Origin: an uncultured Methanosarcinales archaeon
GTDB lineage: Archaea; Nanobdellota; Nanobdellia; Woesearchaeales; DSVV01
Direction: 5' to 3'
NCBI GenBank assembly: GCA_964556185.1
Contig: CAZKVI010000005.1
Span: forward strand, 1 to 53,936
DNA: 53,936 nt
Shown here piece after piece: positions 50,534 to 53,936 of this stretch (position 1 is its first letter; every line of letters begins with the position of its first letter). Position numbers and translations under genes: made by a program. Below the pieces are notes generated by a model. The model saw only the letters and a program-made list of their open reading frames with translations, was not told the DNA's origin and ran no database searches.

Positions 50534-53500
50534 CTGATCGTTTTAGTTTTTCAATTGTTTCTACAATTTTCTCTTCATCGATCCCTCTTTCTTTTCCTTC
50601 TTTAATTACATCTTCTAATGGAATTGTTTTCCCTACTTTATCTTCTAATTCGTTAATAAGTTCTCTAACACCGACCATTTTTGATCTTTCTGTTGTTGTT
50701 ATTCCAGTAGAAATTCTATCAATGTCAATCTTACCTGTTTCTGGGTCTAATCCAACTTGTTCTAAACAATAGTGTAATAAGGAGATTGCTTTTCTAGCGT
50801 CTTTTTTTGTTATTTTATCACTTAATCTTACTTTTGCAGCAGCTTCACTTAATCTTATTAATGCTTCTAGTTGCCTTGGAGAGATTGGAATTGCTCTTAG
50901 TCCTCCATCTTCAGAACTTCCAGAAGACCTCATCTTAACATAATATGTTTTTAGTTCTTCTAGTGCTGCTTGTGTTAATAAGGGATTTATTCTAAGTCTC
51001 CCGTATGATAAATATTTTCTTAATAGGTCTGTTTCAATTGGCGCTTCTTCTGTTTCAGATTTCTTATGCATTGTAAGAATAAAGTTAGCCATTTTTTCAT
51101 CTTTGTCTGCATCTGGCATGTCTTTTATTGTGAAAATAAGATCAAATCTGTTAATTAGTGCAGGAGGAAGATCAATTTGTTTTGCAATTGTTTCATATGG
51201 ATCAAATCTTCCAAACTTTGGGTTTGCTGCAGCTAAAACTGTTGTTTCACATCTTAATGTTGCTTGGATGTTTGCTTTACTGATGCTTATGGATTGCTGT
51301 TCAAGACCTTCGTGCATAGCGCTTCTGTCATCATCACTCATTTTATCTAATTCATCAATCATTAAGATTCCTTTATTTGCTAAAACCATTGCACCCGCTT
51401 CTAGGCTCCAACCTTGTAAGAATTCATCTTTAACAACTGCTGCAGACAGTCCTGCTCCACTTACCCCTTTGCCAGACACATATCTTGATTTTGGGGCTAC
51501 AACAGATGCTCTTTTTAATAATTGGGAGTTGTGTACAATAAGGCCATTTGCTATGAAATTGTGTGTTTCATCAACTTCAATATCATAAATCCAAGGATTT
51601 TTTGTTTTAGTTTCTTTTATTTCTAAGATTCTATCCCAAAAAATATTGGCTTTTGATAACATATTTAATCTAGATATTAAAGAAGTTAAGTTTATATCTG
51701 TGAGAATATTGTTTATAATAAATTCTTTTGAAGCATTATCTATTTTTTTGTTTTTCTGAGATTTTAATTTATTTAATTCGTATTGAGAGATTAAAGTTTG
51801 TGAGCATTCACTAATCTTAGCTAAGTGTGTTTGGCTTAAGTTTAAGGTATTTCTTATCTCTTTTACAGTAAGGTTGTTGTTTGCTCCGAGGCGTTGTAGT
51901 TGTTTAAATCTTTGGTTTATTTGTTTTACAATTTTTTTTAAAGAGGTTTGAGAAGGATTTCTGTCTCCTCTTTCAAAATGTTGGTAAGTGGTTCTAGGGA
52001 CGCCCATATCAAATTGAGTCAAGAATAAGAATTTTCTTACTTTTTTTAGTGTTGTTTTTAAGTTAGGCACAACGTCCATGTTTGTATTTCTATTCTTTTT
52101 TGTTAACATGTTTAATCTGTCTTTTTTCCTTTTTGTAATAAAACCAATTTCTTTTTGGAAGCTGGTCAAGGAATCTGCTAAGATTGTTAATTTGTGGTAG
52201 GTTCTTCTTGTTTTGTTTTTTGTATTTGAAGCATATTTGATTGTAGGTCTTTGTGAGGAGAGAATTCCAAATCTTAGTAATAAGTATTGTATTTGTTCTA
52301 ACATTTCTTTGCTGGCAATAGTCATTTCTATTGTTTTTGTGTTAACATGGGCTTCAGCTTCAAAAAATGCTTTTAAGAAATGGCCAATTTCCAAATTAGA
52401 ACATTTGAATAACAAATCAGGTATTCTTTTGTGAAATGAAGTTGTTAATATTTTAGGTTCTAGATTTTTTAGGAAATTAGTTAGGTTTTTGGAGAAAATG
52501 TTTAATTTTTTTGAGTTTTCTTTTTTATACGCTTTTGGAGCGGTTTTGAATAATTTTTTTACAATAGAATTATAGTCATCTAATAATTCTTTTTCCGAAT
52601 TTATGAATTCAATAACCCCCTCTTTACAATATCCTTCTGAAAGAATATATGCAATAAATTTCCAGAACTCTTTTGATGTTTTTAGTGGTTTATTTATTTG
52701 TTTTTGTCTTGTTTTTAAGCTTGAGTGATATTGTTTTAGTGGTTGAGGGGCACCATCTACCTCTATTTTTCTAGTACATGCAATAAAATCTCCTTCTTTA
52801 ACTTTTTCGAGTTTTGTAGCTTTTACATATCCTTGTTTTTGAATAAATAATGGATTTGTTTTTGTGCATATAATCTCTTTTCCAAGGGCTGTTTTTACTT
52901 TAAACATTTTTTCAGCTCTTTTTTTCCATAGAACTTTGATATTCTTTTTCTCTTGTTTTCCTTGTTGGTTAAGGGATTTTACTCCATTTATTGTTTTGCA
53001 ATCATAATAATCATTATCTATATTTTTTGGGGTCTTTGAGATGTTGTCCTCGACAAGGTCTTTAATCTTTTTTAAGGATCCATCACACATAACTATTTTT
53101 GTATCACCATGGACTGTTTTTCCTGCACCTGGATCACCAATTAATAGAACATGGATATCTCCTCTAGTCATAACTCCATCATCTCTTAATTTCTTTACTC
53201 CTCCCATGAATTGCATTACTAATCCTTCTTTGATTTTATCATGACCGAAAATACCCGGAGCAAGACTTTTTGTTAATTTTTCATAAACTTTAGGATCTTG
53301 AGATATCTTTTTGATTTCTGCTTCTGTTTCTTCATCAATATCTATAGAAGAATAATCTTCTTCCATTGGCTCTATACCATTTGCATCAACAATAAGATCA
53401 AATTTAGTGCTTAATCCACCAGATCTAAGAATTATGGGAACTTCTTTTAAGATCCCAACTACCCTAATTGTAGATCCAGGATTTGTCTTTTTCTCTGTTA

Positions 53501-53936
53501 TTGGGCTTACAAGATCATTTTTTAGTAAGAGGTTTATCCTTTTTGGTTGTTCTCCTCCTTCTAAGTCTTTTGTTGCTTCTTCTAATACAATGCCTTGAGC
53601 ATCAACTAATTCTTTGCTTAATAAGCGGAACTTACCTTTTCTTCCACAACCACATCTGTTTGGTTCTTTGAACTTTTTATCAAGTTGTAATACTGGAATA
53701 ATATTTCCACAACTAGGACATTCAAATCTTGCAGAAGTTACTTGAGGCCTTACATCACTTTTTTGTCTTACTGTTCCTTCTAAGATTAATAATTTTCCAA
53801 GGTGTTGGCTTCTTATGTTTCTAATCATAATTCTTTGATTTTCTGGAGCATTGAATAATCTTAATTTGAATTCTTTGATTTCAACAGGAAGATCAATGTT
53901 TTTTATTGAGATCTCTGCAGCTTTAATTACTTCTTC
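50490..53936 (-). CDS. mcm: MCM replicative helicase, 5'-partial (runs off the right edge), interrupted by an intein
   Basis: The frame stays open to the window end (EEVIKAAEISIKNIDLPVEIKEFKLRLFNAPENQRIMIRNIRSQHLGKLL...). It has a Zn finger CPSCG...CGCG. Walker A GDPGAGK|...|SQLLK is split by the intein. Walker B is LMIDELDKM, the arginine finger region is SRFDLIF-like (NRFDLIF), and a C-terminal wH is present. Confidence 0.95.
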   Translation of the reverse strand, partial: EEVIKAAEISIKNIDLPVEIKEFKLRLFNAPENQRIMIRNIRSQHLGKLLILEGTVRQKSDVRPQVTSARFECPSCGNIIPVLQLDKKFKEPNRCGCGRKGKFRLLSKELVDAQGIVLEEATKDLEGGEQPKRINLLLKNDLVSPITEKKTNPGSTIRVVGILKEVPIILRSGGLSTKFDLIVDANGIEPMEEDYSSIDIDEETEAEIKKISQDPKVYEKLTKSLAPGIFGHDKIKEGLVMQFMGGVKKLRDDGVMTRGDIHVLLIGDPGAGKTVHGDTKIVMCDGSLKKIKDLVEDNISKTPKNIDNDYYDCKTINGVKSLNQQGKQEKKNIKVLWKKRAEKMFKVKTALGKEIICTKTNPLFIQKQGYVKATKLEKVKEGDFIACTRKIEVDGAPQPLKQYHSSLKTRQKQINKPLKTSKEFWKFIAYILSEGYCKEGVIEFINSEKELLDDYNSIVKKLFKTAPKAYKKENSKKLNIFSKNLTNFLKNLEPKILTTSFHKRIPDLLFKCSNLEIGHFLKAFFEAEAHVNTKTIEMTIASKEMLEQIQYLLLRFGILSSQRPTIKYASNTKNKTRRTYHKLTILADSLTSFQKEIGFITKRKKDRLNMLTKKNRNTNMDVVPNLKTTLKKVRKFLFLTQFDMGVPRTTYQHFERGDRNPSQTSLKKIVKQINQRFKQLQRLGANNNLTVKEIRNTLNLSQTHLAKISECSQTLISQYELNKLKSQKNKKIDNASKEFIINNILTDINLTSLISRLNMLSKANIFWDRILEIKETKTKNPWIYDIEVDETHNFIANGLIVHNSQLLKRASVVAPKSRYVSGKGVSGAGLSAAVVKDEFLQGWSLEAGAMVLANKGILMIDELDKMSDDDRSAMHEGLEQQSISISKANIQATLRCETTVLAAANPKFGRFDPYETIAKQIDLPPALINRFDLIFTIKDMPDADKDEKMANFILTMHKKSETEEAPIETDLLRKYLSYGRLRINPLLTQAALEELKTYYVKMRSSGSSEDGGLRAIPISPRQLEALIRLSEAAAKVRLSDKITKKDARKAISLLHYCLEQVGLDPETGKIDIDRISTGITTTERSKMVGVRELINELEDKVGKTIPLEDVIKEGKERGIDEEKIVETIEKLKRSGDLFEPKRGFISKI
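51528..53117 (-). mobile_element. 530-aa intein with a LAGLIDADG homing-endonuclease domain, inserted in the MCM P-loop
   Basis: The N-extein ends GDPGAGK. The intein begins TVHGDTKIVMCDGS and ends NPWIYDIEVDETHNFIANGLIVHN, with Ser at +1 (SQLLK). The LAGLIDADG-like motifs are FIAYILSEGY and FLKAFFEAEA. Two XRE-type HTH-like stretches are present. Confidence 0.85.

Overview
The window is AT-rich (about one-third GC by eye), densely coding archaeal DNA. The archaeal assignment rests on PolD DP1 and DP2, Orc1/Cdc6, MCM, archaeal DnaG, FEN1, Hjc, a histone, PAN, EndA, aIF2-beta and ABCE1. Small genes, many leaderless promoters and numerous secreted or cysteine-rich proteins suggest a DPANN-like small-genome archaeon, but this cannot be proven from the window.

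About 47 CDS tile both strands. I saw no rRNA, tRNA, CRISPR array, transposase or integrase.

Main landmarks:
- A candidate oriC lies at about 41.36-41.76 kb. It has a nearly GC-free DUE flanked by inverted ORB-like boxes and sits directly upstream of orc1/cdc6-dp1-dp2.
- The MCM gene runs off the right edge and carries a 530-aa LAGLIDADG intein in its Walker-A loop, with non-canonical N-terminal splice residues.
- A tightly packed six-gene plus-strand operon spans 5.95-14.0 kb. It encodes Pta, four tandem paralogous ~490-aa proteins whose only recognisable part is a C-terminal PEP-utilising swivel (phospho-His) domain, and an internally duplicated hexapeptide acyltransferase.

I consider that operon the best candidate for an undescribed system. 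The phospho-carrier domain appears four times without either of its usual catalytic partners.

Other items worth follow-up:
- a 966-aa orphan membrane protein with glycine-zipper helices and atypical composition;
- a minus-strand surface-protein cluster (18.3-25.4 kb) with a shared cysteine-rich module and a shared C-terminal tail;
- a membrane-tethered wHTH protein;
- a bacterial-type NrdR co-oriented with ABCE1;
- an identical 22-bp perfect palindrome present at two intergenic sites;
- a GC-rich candidate C/D-box-like sRNA.

All functional calls come from motif recognition by eye in the supplied translations. No searches were run.
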